From assembly GCA_964019335.1 (NCBI GenBank), contig OZ025657.1, forward strand, positions 62,001 through 126,000: DNA of 64,000 nt. The letters run 5' to 3'. The notes under the pieces are model-generated. The model did no database searches, was not told the DNA's origin, and was given only the letters and a program-made list of their open reading frames with translations. Each line of letters begins with the position of its first letter. The first letter of the stretch is position 1. The DNA comes from Diplonema japonicum (taxonomy: Eukaryota > Protista > Euglenozoa: Diplonemea). This document shows positions 36,169 through 47,402 of the stretch, piece after piece. Position numbers and translations under genes: made by a program.

Positions 36169-37419
36169 CTAGAAAAGGTTAGGGTTGCTGTTGGCGGCAA
36201 GCTGCTTAATCTGGTAGTCAAACCACGCTCCGGCAACAGGTGCATGGGGTTCTCCGGGGCGAGATCCGATGGAGTCGGTAGAACCACAGAACGAGTCGTA
36301 GCGCGAGCATTTGCTACCGCTAGGGAGGGTCTGCGAGCAGCCATCAGACTCACCGGGAGTCTTCAGCCAGTAGAAGGCGTCGATGAAGCTGCTGTTGGTG
36401 GCGGTGGTCGGGCGGCGCCCCACCCCTGCCCCACGGATGTTGCACCAGTTTGCGCAATTGCTCCTCATGTTGGGGACCCCGTTCCGGCCCGTGTCGGTGA
36501 TGAAGTGTTTTCCAGGGAAGGAGGCCGCCAGTTCCATCACATAATTTGCCTCATTCTGGGCAGGGTTGTATTGCCCCTCAAGGTGGCAGGGGTCCGCACA
36601 GCATGGGTCGCTCTGGTGCTTTCCGTTGAGGCACCATTTCAGCTGCGGACAGGCAATTCCGATAGGCTGGTAGTTGGCGACGTTGGTGGAGAAGCCACGC
36701 AGCTTGTCAAGGACGTTGAGGCGTGTCACCTCCTGGGCGAACAACTGGATGTTATTGGTCCACCCCAACCAGCCACCGTGGGCAGCGTCAAGGTAGAGAG
36801 TGGCCTGTGGGCACGCTGCAGAGAGCGTCTCGATGGCGTAAGGGATGCCCTGCTCGTAGGCGGCTTTGGTGGCGCTGTTCCCACAATGCGGGTCGCCTTG
36901 ATTGGTGGCTAGGTTCGGGAGGGAGTCCGGCTCGATGATGAGCACCATTGGCACCTTGGCACAGTGTTCCTTTACAAGCGCAGCAAGTGGGTTGATGTAC
37001 TGCGTCTTGTACTTGTTGAGTCCCGCAGAGCAGTCCCCGTCGGCGTTGTAGTTGCACGTCCCGTCAGAGTTTGGAGTGCAGCAGATCTCACCATTCGAAG
37101 CCTTCGCGTGGCAATCCCTGTTCGGGAGGTCGTACACGATCAGAGTCACGAGTTGTGCAGGCGAGCGGGACCCTGCGTCCTTCAGAATGCCCTCCACCGT
37201 GTCTGTCGTGGTCCCGTTGATCTTCGCCATCACGTCCACCCAGAAGGCGGACGGCACTTCCCGCATCCCTTCCAGCGTAGCCTTCACAGCACCAGTTGCT
37301 GTGGCGATCGACGAGTTCAACTCTTTCTGGTATGAAGGGTTCACGTAGAAGCTCTTCCCTTCAAAAGGGTTCTGCGCTGCAACAACAACAGCAGCCACGC
37401 ATAATACATTTCGCAACAT
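36169..37419 (-). CDS. Secreted glycoside hydrolase family 6 cellulase/cellobiohydrolase (no CBM)
   Basis: Signal peptide. GH6 motifs IVYDLPNRDC, IIEPDSLPNL, YLDAAHGGWLGW, GFSTNVANY, DTGRNG, WCN, WLKTPGESDG, AGAWF. No intron seen. Confidence 0.95.
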   Translation of the reverse strand: MLRNVLCVAAVVVAAQNPFEGKSFYVNPSYQKELNSSIATATGAVKATLEGMREVPSAFWVDVMAKINGTTTDTVEGILKDAGSRSPAQLVTLIVYDLPNRDCHAKASNGEICCTPNSDGTCNYNADGDCSAGLNKYKTQYINPLAALVKEHCAKVPMVLIIEPDSLPNLATNQGDPHCGNSATKAAYEQGIPYAIETLSAACPQATLYLDAAHGGWLGWTNNIQLFAQEVTRLNVLDKLRGFSTNVANYQPIGIACPQLKWCLNGKHQSDPCCADPCHLEGQYNPAQNEANYVMELAASFPGKHFITDTGRNGVPNMRSNCANWCNIRGAGVGRRPTTATNSSFIDAFYWLKTPGESDGCSQTLPSGSKCSRYDSFCGSTDSIGSRPGEPHAPVAGAWFDYQIKQLAANSNPNLF

Positions 37420-37535
37420 ATTCAGGAATGTCCCTATGGAGTCTTTTAGGAGATATCAAGGACACAAAATAAGCTCTATGAAACGAAACGATCATTAAAA
37501 ATAAATCTAAACTCTAATGAATACAAAAGTACTGC

Positions 37536-38377
37536 TCACACAGGCGCTTCACGGTACATGTTTCTAATGTTGTCTAGCATTGTTTGGTACATCATTCCGC
37601 GCTGAGAAGTTAATGGGAGGCTGGTTGCAGTTTGGGAAGGCGACAAAGGAGGTGGTGGAGGTGATGATGTCATGTCCTCCTTGTCAGGAAGGCATATGAT
37701 ACCGTCATCATCAGCCCAGCCTGGAGGGGGGGGAGGAGGGGGGGGCGAGTCGTCTCTTTTACTGGCTAACCTGCGCGCAACACTGCTTTGTGCCAGCTTG
37801 TCTCGCTTCACCTTCCATGACTCGCTGGTCACAGGTGCTGGTGGATGGTGAGGGGTTTCTTTTCTACGTAGCCGTTGTTTTGAGGACGTAGTACCAGGTT
37901 TCGACAACCTCTCGTGTACTGAGGGCATTGTGTTGACCTTTAGAGGTCGAAGGGGGATAATCTTTTCCTCTTCGGGCTCCTCAACAGCCCAAGCACAATG
38001 AGGTGCGGCAACAGGAACCGGTGCTGGTGCTGGCACAGGTGTAGGTGTAGGAGCCGAAATCTCCTGCATCCTTAGCATGTCTATGATCCTGTCCCTCTCA
38101 TCGACCACCGCATCTGCTTCCCTCACAAATCCATTCACTAGATTGTGCAGCACACCCACAAACCCCCTGATATCTTCCTTTACTTTCTTGAACATGCTCT
38201 TCGCCTTCACCTTATTCTCCTTCCTTTCAACAAGTTGAACAATTATCTCTTCCGCTTCCTGCAACCTGATACCGATCTGTGGGTGTGCCTTCCCTTTCCA
38301 CTGCATACCTTTTCCCTCCATTCTTCAGGCAGTTCGATCCGCCTCGGCAGTTCTGAGACTGGCATGTTGTGTGTCAT
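37536..38377 (-). CDS. Hypothetical coiled-coil/Pro-rich protein; intron 38277-38308
   Basis: MTHNMPV..EEWREK joins IGIRLQEAEE through a 32-nt GTATG..CACAG intron. Start uncertain. Confidence 0.55.
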
Positions 38378-38435
38378 CTCTTTGCGAAGTGCAAGGAGCA
38401 AAATACGGGAGTGCTGCTCATACATAATAATACAA

Positions 38436-39164
38436 CTAACTAATTTGAGACTTCCAAACTCTAGGCCCTTGTGTATACGAAGGAGGGCGGTAGTGGAGAG
38501 GTGGTTCTGGGAGGGGACGCTGAGATCGAAGGTGGTGGGGCACCGTCTCGAGCTCCGGTGTCGGATCGTATAAGGATATCTCCTTGGGGGCGAAGGAGTG
38601 TGTGGATGAAGAGTGGCGCTCCCAGTTCCTAGAGTAGTGGGACGCAGGATGAGAAAGGCTGTCGATGGGAGTGGATGCTTTATTTTGAACTTTTTCGGTC
38701 TTGTCACGATTCCACCTAGATTCTTGCCTTTGCAACCATTCAACATCTCTGTCACCCCCTGCATGGTGTTTGAATAGCTGGGCATGGACAGGGTTTCCTA
38801 TATATGGGCATTCGAGTCCACCCTCACACACGTGCCGTCTTCCCTCGCACACATCTCCCTCATGTCCTGTGCACATCGGCAGCACGTGGTAAAAGCTCAA
38901 GCAATGCTCGACGTCTCTTAGTCCTTTGCAGCTTGGTCCATTTTCGCATCTGTGTTGGTATCTACTGGCATGTGCATCCTCGTTCACCCTAGGGCAGTTG
39001 TTGAAGTTTGGACACATCTTCTTATGCTCTTTGACGCTGACGACACCATGCTTGTACCTCTCGGGGTTGGTGCTGTCTGCGTGCCGCAGTGTCTCCAGAC
39101 GGCGGATAGAATGAGAGATGTCACGAGCTGCCATATTGAGGGCACTGCTTGTGAGGTACATCAT
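38436..39164 (-). CDS. Protein with tandem PBZ-like (CCHH) zinc fingers
   Basis: Three C-x5-C-x7-H-x5-H units: CPNFNNC..HASRYQH, CENGPSC..HCLSFYH, CEGGLEC..HAQLFKH. Confidence 0.65.
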   Translation of the reverse strand: MMYLTSSALNMAARDISHSIRRLETLRHADSTNPERYKHGVVSVKEHKKMCPNFNNCPRVNEDAHASRYQHRCENGPSCKGLRDVEHCLSFYHVLPMCTGHEGDVCEGRRHVCEGGLECPYIGNPVHAQLFKHHAGGDRDVEWLQRQESRWNRDKTEKVQNKASTPIDSLSHPASHYSRNWERHSSSTHSFAPKEISLYDPTPELETVPHHLRSQRPLPEPPLHYRPPSYTQGPRVWKSQIS

Positions 39165-39375
39165 AAAGCGATCAGGTGAAATGTATACATTGTGAGATCA
39201 ATCTTTTAAAAGTCTTGTTCCCGTTCCTTGGAAACAAGCTTCGGGTTCATTCCTTTCTTTTTTTCAACAGAGCTAGCGAGCTTAACAGAAACTCCTATGT
39301 CTTGTTGGTTCTATGGCCCGTCACCCCAATTGAAGGTAGATAAGACAATCGTATTGTGCGACCTTCAACAGAAAG

Positions 39376-41635
39376 TCAGAACAAAGCTGCTGTGTTGAGC
39401 ACCTGAATACCGGAGACAGGCTTACGGTGCTCTTCGGGTGCTGGCGGTTCGACTTTCCGCTTCTTCCGGGGGACAGGGTTCAGATCCTGTTCAGGGGGGC
39501 AGGTACATGAGTCAGAATCTGAAGTAGGGGCCCAGTGCCCGTGGCATTCAAGCTCGGGCATGACCTGCTTACGGCACCTTGGGCACACTCTGTTTTTCGT
39601 CTTTGTGAGTACTGCGTCAACAGTGGAGTCCAATATCATCTCTTCGCGAACGGCTGCCCTTTCATTAAGCATTTTAGAAGGGTTCAACACAAGCTTTTTG
39701 ATGAATTCGTCAACTTCGGTACCTGTGCACTTCAATTTTTTAATTTTGCCTAGTACTGTGCACACTTCCCGAAGTCTCACCCTATAGCTTTGCAGCTCAC
39801 AGAAGTACTTATCTAACAGTGCCTCGATCTTCGTTCCTAGAACCTTCTCCTTCGCTGCTTCAGAGAGCCGCTCCCTTGCCCTCACTCGTATACTCTCAGT
39901 TTTCCCGAAAGCACCATCCTTTATCTCAAGCACGGCCTTTGACGTTTTGAACCTTATTCTTGCCGCAGGAGACATTTTTGTGTCACTGCCCTGTGTGGTG
40001 TGGTCGCGGGCACAACAAGAGCTCTCGTTTTACAGTTCTATGGGGTCCGTAAAAGATCCTACCATCCGCTTCTTCGCTTGCTGTTTGTAGCCGCTGTCTT
40101 CGAACTCGGTGCTGACAGAGCTCTCGTCATCAGCTCTCATGCGTCTAATGCCGGGTAAGTTCTCCTGATGGGGTGGATACATGTGCAGGTACATACCTCC
40201 TCATCAGAGAGGAGAACAATATCTGAGTGGGAGCGCTTCCTTGTCTCCTTAGGGATCTTTAATTCGAGCTTCGGCTCCCAACTCCCGTCGGCGTGGAGGA
40301 TAATATGCGTCACCGAGTCATCGTCCCGCACACAGGGTGCTTGCAGGATTGTGTTGAAGACAGGGTCGTATTCTATACGAGAGAGAGATGCTGGCTCGTC
40401 ACATTCGGGACAAGCCCACAAACGAGAAGAACAACAAAAGTTGATAAAGGTATCTAAGTCGAATCTAGTGTGATGTGTGCAAGAAGGGGTGCGTGCGGGA
40501 ATAGATATGCGGCGGAGGGTAACAGGATCGAGCAAGCTCACGACTGCCTTGTCGAATGTCACGTCTGTCGAAGTGACAGGCGCTGGCGGGAGGGCTGCGG
40601 GGCTGCAGGTTAGAAGCTTCTTCTTTGCTTCCTCAATGATGCTACTGACGCCCACATGTTTCACAAGACACGCTGCGATAATGATCCCTTGGGGTATGAC
40701 ATCTGCCTCGATGCGGATGATGGCGGACTTTGTAAAGGGGGATATGTAAGGGCTGATGTCAACGGGGCAGGTTGTGCGGTACCACTCCTTGCTCTCGTCA
40801 CGTTCACGCCACGAACCATGCGGCACAGTGAGATACCGTGCATCCACCTTTGCTTCTACGCACAGGGAGATTGTCTCTGGCCACTGTGCAGGGCGTAGGT
40901 CTTGCGTGAGACATATGAGGTGCACGGCAGTCGTTCGCTTACGGTTCGCAACCTTTAAATACTCATCGTTTGAAAGTATGACCTTCAGGCTGTTCTTGTA
41001 CGTTGTGTTCTTCACCCCGTGATGTCGCAGCACTGCGATACCCTGTGGTGGTGGTGGTGGAGAGAGATATGCTTCCTATATACCTCTTTTTCGAGCCATC
41101 GTATTGTGGGAGAATGAGGCTGCTGATGGCCCGACAGCTGAGGATCGGCGCTGAGGCGCTCGGTAATCGAAGTGATATCCTGTTCGTTATTTATTATACG
41201 TTTTCTTCTTCATACCCATTTATCGGCACGCGACACCTTTGAAGGAGGAGGTATTAGCGGAGCAAGTGGTGGTGTTGGCTTTTCTTCTGATTCCTGTTCA
41301 GAATCATCCCATGCTTCATCTTCTTCTTGTTTCTGCTCGATGCCCACAGAATGTATTGTTATCACACCAGGCAGACCTTCTGGTGTGGGGTCTCGAAAAA
41401 ACTCAATTTGTGATATTACCTCGCTTTTACTGCGAACTAAATGCACTTCGGCTCCAAGGGGCTTGTAGGCGGTGCTTATCTCCGACAGCAGTGCTCGAAG
41501 ATCGACAACATAGTACTTGTTCAACCTCCCGCTTAAAAGTCTTGTCTTGAATTCTAAAAATGTTTCATCTGTATTTATTAAATTGTACCATTGTCTTAGC
41601 ACTCTCTCCTTTGTTTCTCCCAATCGCGGGAGCAT
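39376..41635 (-). CDS. SP-RING (zf-MIZ) PIAS/Siz-like SUMO E3 ligase; introns 41180-41215, 41043-41083, 40165-40196 and possibly 39991-40062
   Basis: VSLLDPVTLRRISIPARTPSCTHHTRFDL..WACPEC, then SIM-like IVLLSDEE. The last segment (39376-39990) may be a separate gene. Confidence 0.7.
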
Positions 41636-41769
41636 CTTTCTATCCTTTTCAAAAATTCATTTTTTTTTTTTTGGTCGTATTTAGGCTTAATAAAGGTGGA
41701 AAAAAAACGGAAATAAAATGAGAGGGAGAGAAAATAATCAAAATAAATTCACTATGATAGGAACGAAGT

Positions 41770-42420
41770 GGTTAGCAACGGCCCGCCGCGGTGGCGTGCC
41801 TACCTTATGATGCTCCCCTTTTGGGGTCGTTCCCTGCTACCCACCGTAGTGCCTAGCTGTCGTTTATATCTTCCAATCCTTTCTTTCCGGTAATCTTCTC
41901 TCAGTCCTTTCAGCTTGGTCGCCGTCAGCCCCGATGCAAACAGGGCCCTCCTATCAAAGCCAACGACGTGGTCGCGGCCAATGGATCGTAGTGATCTCAC
42001 CTTCTTGCATGACTGCGCCGGAAAAGCGCGTCTCCTCTTCTCCCTCATCCATGTCGCTTGCAGCGTATCCAGGATCCGCTTGATCCTCACCGCCTTCTTG
42101 TTGATGTCAATCGTCGTGTTGATGTTAACCCCCAGCGTCTTCTTCGTGTACAACGAGTTGCGCGCCCCGCTCATCAGCCATGGCCTCTGCCTTCTCCGCC
42201 TCGGACAGGGCCCGGAGCCCCAACCCTCTCGAGGACACCGCCAGACCCCTGCCCGCCGCGTCCGCCCACTTCAAGGCCTCCACCAGTGGGGTCTCCGGCT
42301 TGAGCCAGAGGATGTGGTGCGCGTGGTTCTCCTGGCCGCCAAAGAACTTCAAGGCCCTGAAGAAGATACCACCCCTCCCCGAGGCCGCCTCAAGCACTGC
42401 CGCCTCAGCTTCCGGCAATA
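41770..42420 (-). pseudogene. Island with broken reading frames between A/T tracts, possible retroelement remnant
   Basis: Two short offset ORFs without true ATG context, GC-rich over ~42150-42420. ILWLKPETPLVEAL..GLAVSSRGLGLRA loosely recalls protist LINE ORF1 sequence (memory only). Confidence 0.3.
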
Positions 42421-42995
42421 AAAGAAAAGTATAAAAAGAAAGGAAAAAAAAAAAACAAAAAAAAACCCCTCCCAGAAATTGCCTTCTTTTTAATATATTT
42501 ATCCACTAAAAAAAAAAAGAGAGAGATTATTTTTACCTCCAGCACGCATTCTTTTTTTAAAAGAAAAAGAAGAAAAAAAAAAAAAAAAAGACAAGGCAGT
42601 AGTTGTACATGAAGGTGACCTATGCAAGAAAAAAAAAAGGGGGGAAGGGCTTATGGCAGAATTGCTTTCTGGAAGCCTTCTTCTTTTTTTTACCCTTCAA
42701 TAGCCAGATAACAAAATAAAATCTTTATGCTTTCGTTTAAAACCTTTTTTCTTCCCAACGTTTTCTTTTTTTATTCCCCTTCGTTCCTAACTACTCCTTT
42801 GCTTGGCTTAGCTCCTTTGATAGAGCCTCTGCGAAAAGGTCCTATATCCAGGAACTAGAAACACAGCAAAAAGAGATAACGGGTGTTAGAAAAAAAAGGG
42901 GGAGGGGAGGGGAGGGGAAAGGGGATGAAGGGTTGGAAGGGGTCTGATTAAACAATCAACCATCAGTCCCCAATGCTTAACACATGTTCCGACGC

Positions 42996-44159
42996 TCAGT
43001 AGGTGTTGCCCTTGATGTAAAGGGACTCCTGGGCACCCTTGGTGTCCTCGCTCTCAATGTAGCGGCCCTGTTTTTTCTTTTTGGGGGGTTAAGAAGAAAG
43101 ACATACGAGGCAAGCAAGGGAGTTCATCTTTGCCCTGTGGAGGAAGACCTTGCGGGCGACCGCCGTGTTCTCGTCCTTGCCACCCCAAGCCTTGAGGGCA
43201 GAGCTCTGGAGGGCCCTGGCGTAGCTGAACCTGAGGGCCCAGGGCTTCGGGATGTCGGTGACGTTGTTCATGGCGTTCAGGTTGGCGGAAGCGTTCTGCT
43301 CGGAGAGGCCGCCGGAGAGGAAGAAGACACCGGGGACAGCGGCGGGGAGGGTCCTCGACAGGGTGGTCACAGTGGCGCGAGCAACCTCAACGGCGGCGGC
43401 GGTCATCCCGCTGTCCGCCCCGTGCACCACCATGTTGGGCTTCAGGAACATCGCCTCGAAGTGAACCCCGTGCTGGTGCAGGGCACGCACCACCTCCGCC
43501 CACACCCTCTGTGACACAGCCATGCAGGTCGCCATGTCGTGCGTTCCATCAATCATCACCTCTGGCTCCACGATGGGCACAAGCCCCTGGCGCTGAGACA
43601 GCTGCGCGTACTTCGCCAGCGTCTCCGCGTTGTGGTGGATCAGGTACTCGGACACTGTCCCGTTCTGGATCTTGTAGGTATTCCTCCACTTGCAGAACCT
43701 CGCTCCCATTGCGTAGTACTCCTTCGCCCTCTTCTCGTAGTTGTCCAGCCCCTGCGTCGCCTGCTCACCGGGGGCCCCGCACACAGCGTCCACGAGACCC
43801 TTGTCCGTCTTTATCCCGGGCACCACTCCCATCGCCTTGCAAGCCTCGGGGAACGACGTGCCGTCGTCCAACTTCTGCGTCAGCGTCTCCTCGTGGAAGA
43901 TCACGCCACCGACGTACTCCTCCATCCCCTTCGCTCCGATCATCAGAGCACGGTAGCGCCTCCTGTTCTCCTCGTTGTTCTCCAAACCGATCGGCTTGAA
44001 CCTCTTGTCGCAGCTCCCCTGAGACTCGTCCGCCGCCAGGATCCCCTTACCGGGCTGGCACATACGCTTTGTGGTCGAGATCAGCTCCTCGTAGAAGGGC
44101 GTATCCAAACGGTCGTATGTCGACAGGTGGCTCTTCATCACTTCGATGCGTCCGGACAT
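42996..44159 (-). CDS. ALD: Class I fructose-bisphosphate aldolase, peroxisomal/glycosomal type (copy 2); intron 43068-43106
   Basis: Near-identical to copy 1. PTS2 RIEVMKSHL. Spliced end [23 protein letters not shown]. Confidence 0.95.
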
Positions 44160-44570
44160 TTTGATGCTTGTTTAATGCTGCAGTGGGTACGCGCTGAGTA
44201 TGCTGAGACAGTATACACTCACAAAGCATAGGACACTGTTGACGTGGAACTGAAGAAACTTAAAAAAAATGAAACCAAGATAAAGGATGCCAAGCTGGTG
44301 CACGCATAGCGGGGTGTCAACATCCTTTGCAGAAGGGTATCACACCACGCACTGTGCTAATGAGTCACCATGACCGTGTATACAGGACGGTTGCTGAGGG
44401 CTGGGTGTACACTTACACGAACATATCTTTGGAGCTGAGTTCAAAAACGCAGGGAAGGGGGATGGTCTAAGGGAAAATCTAAAGTGCAACTACGGGAGCA
44501 GTTTGCAGGCCAGTGTTCCAGTAACCTCGAGCGCTGCAACGCAGACCGTGGCCAACGGGCATCAGTGCAC

Positions 44571-45365
44571 CTAGAAGGACCTGTGCTTGCCGTGGGGCTG
44601 GGGCACGACAGAGTCCTTTATGTCTTCAAAGACGTGCGGCCTCCTGAAAGAATAGTGCTTGCATGTTGGTCAGTCATACCTCTCGACACCCTTCGCGCAG
44701 TTGGGAAGGGTTTTCAGGTTGGAGTCCCAGTCCTCAGGACGGACAACAGGCTTCCTGGGAGGGTCCTGGGGGAGGGGCTTGGCGAGGTCAAGCTCTTTCT
44801 TTGGCACTTGCGGTACAGTCTTCATGCACTCAGTGTTCCACCCGGGCACGAAATGGTGGGGGTCCTTCGCAACTCTGTGGTGTGTGTCGTTTTTCGTTTG
44901 TTCAAAACCATACTTCTCGTTGGGGATGAGGACGGGTTCCTTTTCTATGACGCGGTTCCTGCGGGCACTGGTGTTTTCGATGGTCTTTGAGCATGACGAC
45001 TGCGCCCAGCCGTCGCCCCTGTTGATTTTTTGGCTATGCTGCTTCTCTCCAAGGACCTTCTGGATCGAGGACCCAGTGCTGTTGGTCCAATCGTTGTTCT
45101 CGCTGGTGTCGTACAGCTTCTTCTTCATGGGCTCCCTGTCGGTGCTGCCTGCCTTGCACGTGAGCATGTCCGCTGTGTCATTCCTTTTGCACCCGTACCT
45201 TTGGGAGGCGCTCCACTCAGGCTCGACATGCACTGCAGCTTCACCCACCCTGAAGGTCCCTTCAAGACCCTCTTGTGCCCTCTGCACCGACTGGCTTTCG
45301 CTGTTCACCTTCCTGAGTTCCCTATGCAACATCGGGGAGTCCACAGACTTGTTATGCGTCGACAT
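44571..45365 (-). CDS. Hydrophilic hypothetical protein; intron 44644-44679
   Basis: 231-aa ORF ends just after a GTATG donor. A 36-nt intron extends it to TAG 44571. Confidence 0.55.
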
Positions 45366-45591
45366 TGATGGCTAGTGATATCCTGCAGTGCTGTGCTTTA
45401 ACAGGTACCTTACTTACTTCTTGTCCGAATTCTAGAAAAAAAAAAAGGAGGGAAGATAAAACGCCAGTAAAAAGAAAAGAACACAAGGGGAAACCTGGCG
45501 GGGGAAAGGGTGAGGGGAGATAAAACAAAATCTATGCAATAAGGAAACTCTATTTTTAAAACTCTATTCCCCCCCCCGTTACCGTTGCTTT

Positions 45592-46208
45592 TCACATGTC
45601 TGCCTGCAGGTTGTTGATTGTGGCCACATTAAAGGTGACACCAGGCGCACTTGCAAGTTGTATTTCTCGGTCCGCGCCTGTCTTCTTGTGAAGGAACTTT
45701 GACATCCTGTTTAGTGTGTTTTGTCCGTGCCCACTCATCATGCTACATACTTCCACATATACACAAACCAGACAAAGAAAGTTCCAATGAGCCAGGAAAT
45801 CAACTTGAGGACGAAAGTGATGCCCTGCACCTCGTCCACCCACCCTGACTGGTAGACTATGTACAGGTCTATGATGAAGAGAGGCGTGTCACTGAAGAAG
45901 TAGATGAAAAACATGCCAGTGTGAACCCGCTTGTTGCGCTGTTTGATCCCTTCTTTGCTTTCACGATCGCAGTACAGCGCAGCCCAGAAAAAGCAAAACC
46001 CGGCCACGAAAATATACACCAAAACTGTGAGGAACACGAAGGCAAAGTACGCCTGCTTCACACTCGCCCCGACAAGGGTCTCATTGAACCTCACCCAGCT
46101 CACGTAATTCACAATCGTGAAAATGGAGCACACGCCATACCAGTACATCAACGCAAACGGGTGCTCTTTCAACCACGTTGTCCCCTTGTGGTGCCCTCCA
46201 TAATGCAT
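45592..46208 (-). CDS. Small four-TM membrane protein; intron 45707-45750
   Basis: Four hydrophobic segments with SDTPLF motif. A 44-nt GTATG..AAACAG intron joins it to MSKFLHKK..ADM*. Confidence 0.65.
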
Positions 46209-46368
46209 CTTGTATGTCCTTTTTCTTTCTTCTTCTTCTTTGTTTTCTCTTTTTTTTGCTCATCAACAAATTCAAAAAAAAAAAAGGAAAAAGAAAACTT
46301 ATGTACAAAAAAAAAAAAAAAAAAAAAAAAAAAACTACATGGGGTGAAACAGGTGAGGGGTACCATGA

Positions 46369-47259
46369 TCACTTTGCAAGGTAGTACCTCGATAAGATGC
46401 TCGACTTCCCGGAGTTCAGCGTCGGCGTGGCCCATTTATACCTTTCCATTGCATCGGTCTCAGGGTCTCTGTGGGGTCTGGCGGTGCTGTCTTGTTTTGG
46501 TGACGAGGGTGCACGCTGTAAGGCGTACTTTATAGCAGGGTTCACCACAGAGAGGTAGTGCACTGCAGTGGCCTCCTCGGGGGGAAGGGGGAGGGACTTA
46601 TTTAAGTCTTTCTTTTTGTTCTTTCCCGACTTACCCCGCACTGCTCTGTCAGAGATGAGTTGTTGAAACTTTGCCACTTTGTTCAACTCGTCTTGCATGA
46701 CCTTCGCTTCGCTGACCCTCATCTCCAGCTCGCTGGTCCGCCCTTTGAGGGATAGGCTGATGGCTAGGACTTCTTCTTCGAGGGTTTGATTTTTCGCCTT
46801 TGACTCTTCGAGTAACTTTTCTGTTTTCCGCAGGTCGTCGGTGATGACGAGGACATTTGCCTCTGATGCGGTGAACTTCTTTTGCAGCGTTTCGACTTCT
46901 TTGCAAAGGCCTTCTATGTGGTTTTGCATCTTGGCGGAAGAGGTCTCGTACTTCGCTATGGCCTTCCCCATTTCCTGCACCTGCTGATCGGTCTCTACCT
47001 TGTTGTTGCGCAGGACGCCTAATTCGTCGCCTTGCTGCGTTGTCAGTTGCTTGAAACAATTTTCCTCCGCATCGACCATTCCCCTCAACATGTTCACTGT
47101 CGCCATCGCCCTCCGTAGCTCATCCACCACCTCGTCCCTCTCCCTCAATGCCGCCACTACTATCGCCTTCCATCTGTCTTCTCCTACCAAACCCCTCGCC
47201 ACCCTCCGTTCCACCTCTAGAATCCTGCTCCCATATGTCTTGTCAAACAAGATGCTCAT
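46369..47259 (-). CDS. Coiled-coil hypothetical protein
   Basis: Heptad-rich ORF; likely start MSILFDK. Confidence 0.6.
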   Translation of the reverse strand: MSILFDKTYGSRILEVERRVARGLVGEDRWKAIVVAALRERDEVVDELRRAMATVNMLRGMVDAEENCFKQLTTQQGDELGVLRNNKVETDQQVQEMGKAIAKYETSSAKMQNHIEGLCKEVETLQKKFTASEANVLVITDDLRKTEKLLEESKAKNQTLEEEVLAISLSLKGRTSELEMRVSEAKVMQDELNKVAKFQQLISDRAVRGKSGKNKKKDLNKSLPLPPEEATAVHYLSVVNPAIKYALQRAPSSPKQDSTARPHRDPETDAMERYKWATPTLNSGKSSILSRYYLAK

Positions 47260-47402
47260 CGTGCTGTGCAGAGTTTTTTGGGTAGAACTCGCTAAGAGAG
47301 TTTGAAAAAGGAAAATGGACAAACGAGGGATTTCGCTTGTAAAAGCGAACAATGAGAGAGAAATGACAAATGAAGAAAGAAAAAGAGAAAAACAAGGGAA
47401 AA

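Noticed and set aside
32431-44159. GH6 cellulase between two aldolases as a sugar-use cluster or composite transposon
   Set aside because: Unrelated genes intervene, similarity is limited to aldolase coding sequence, and there is no transposase or element ends.
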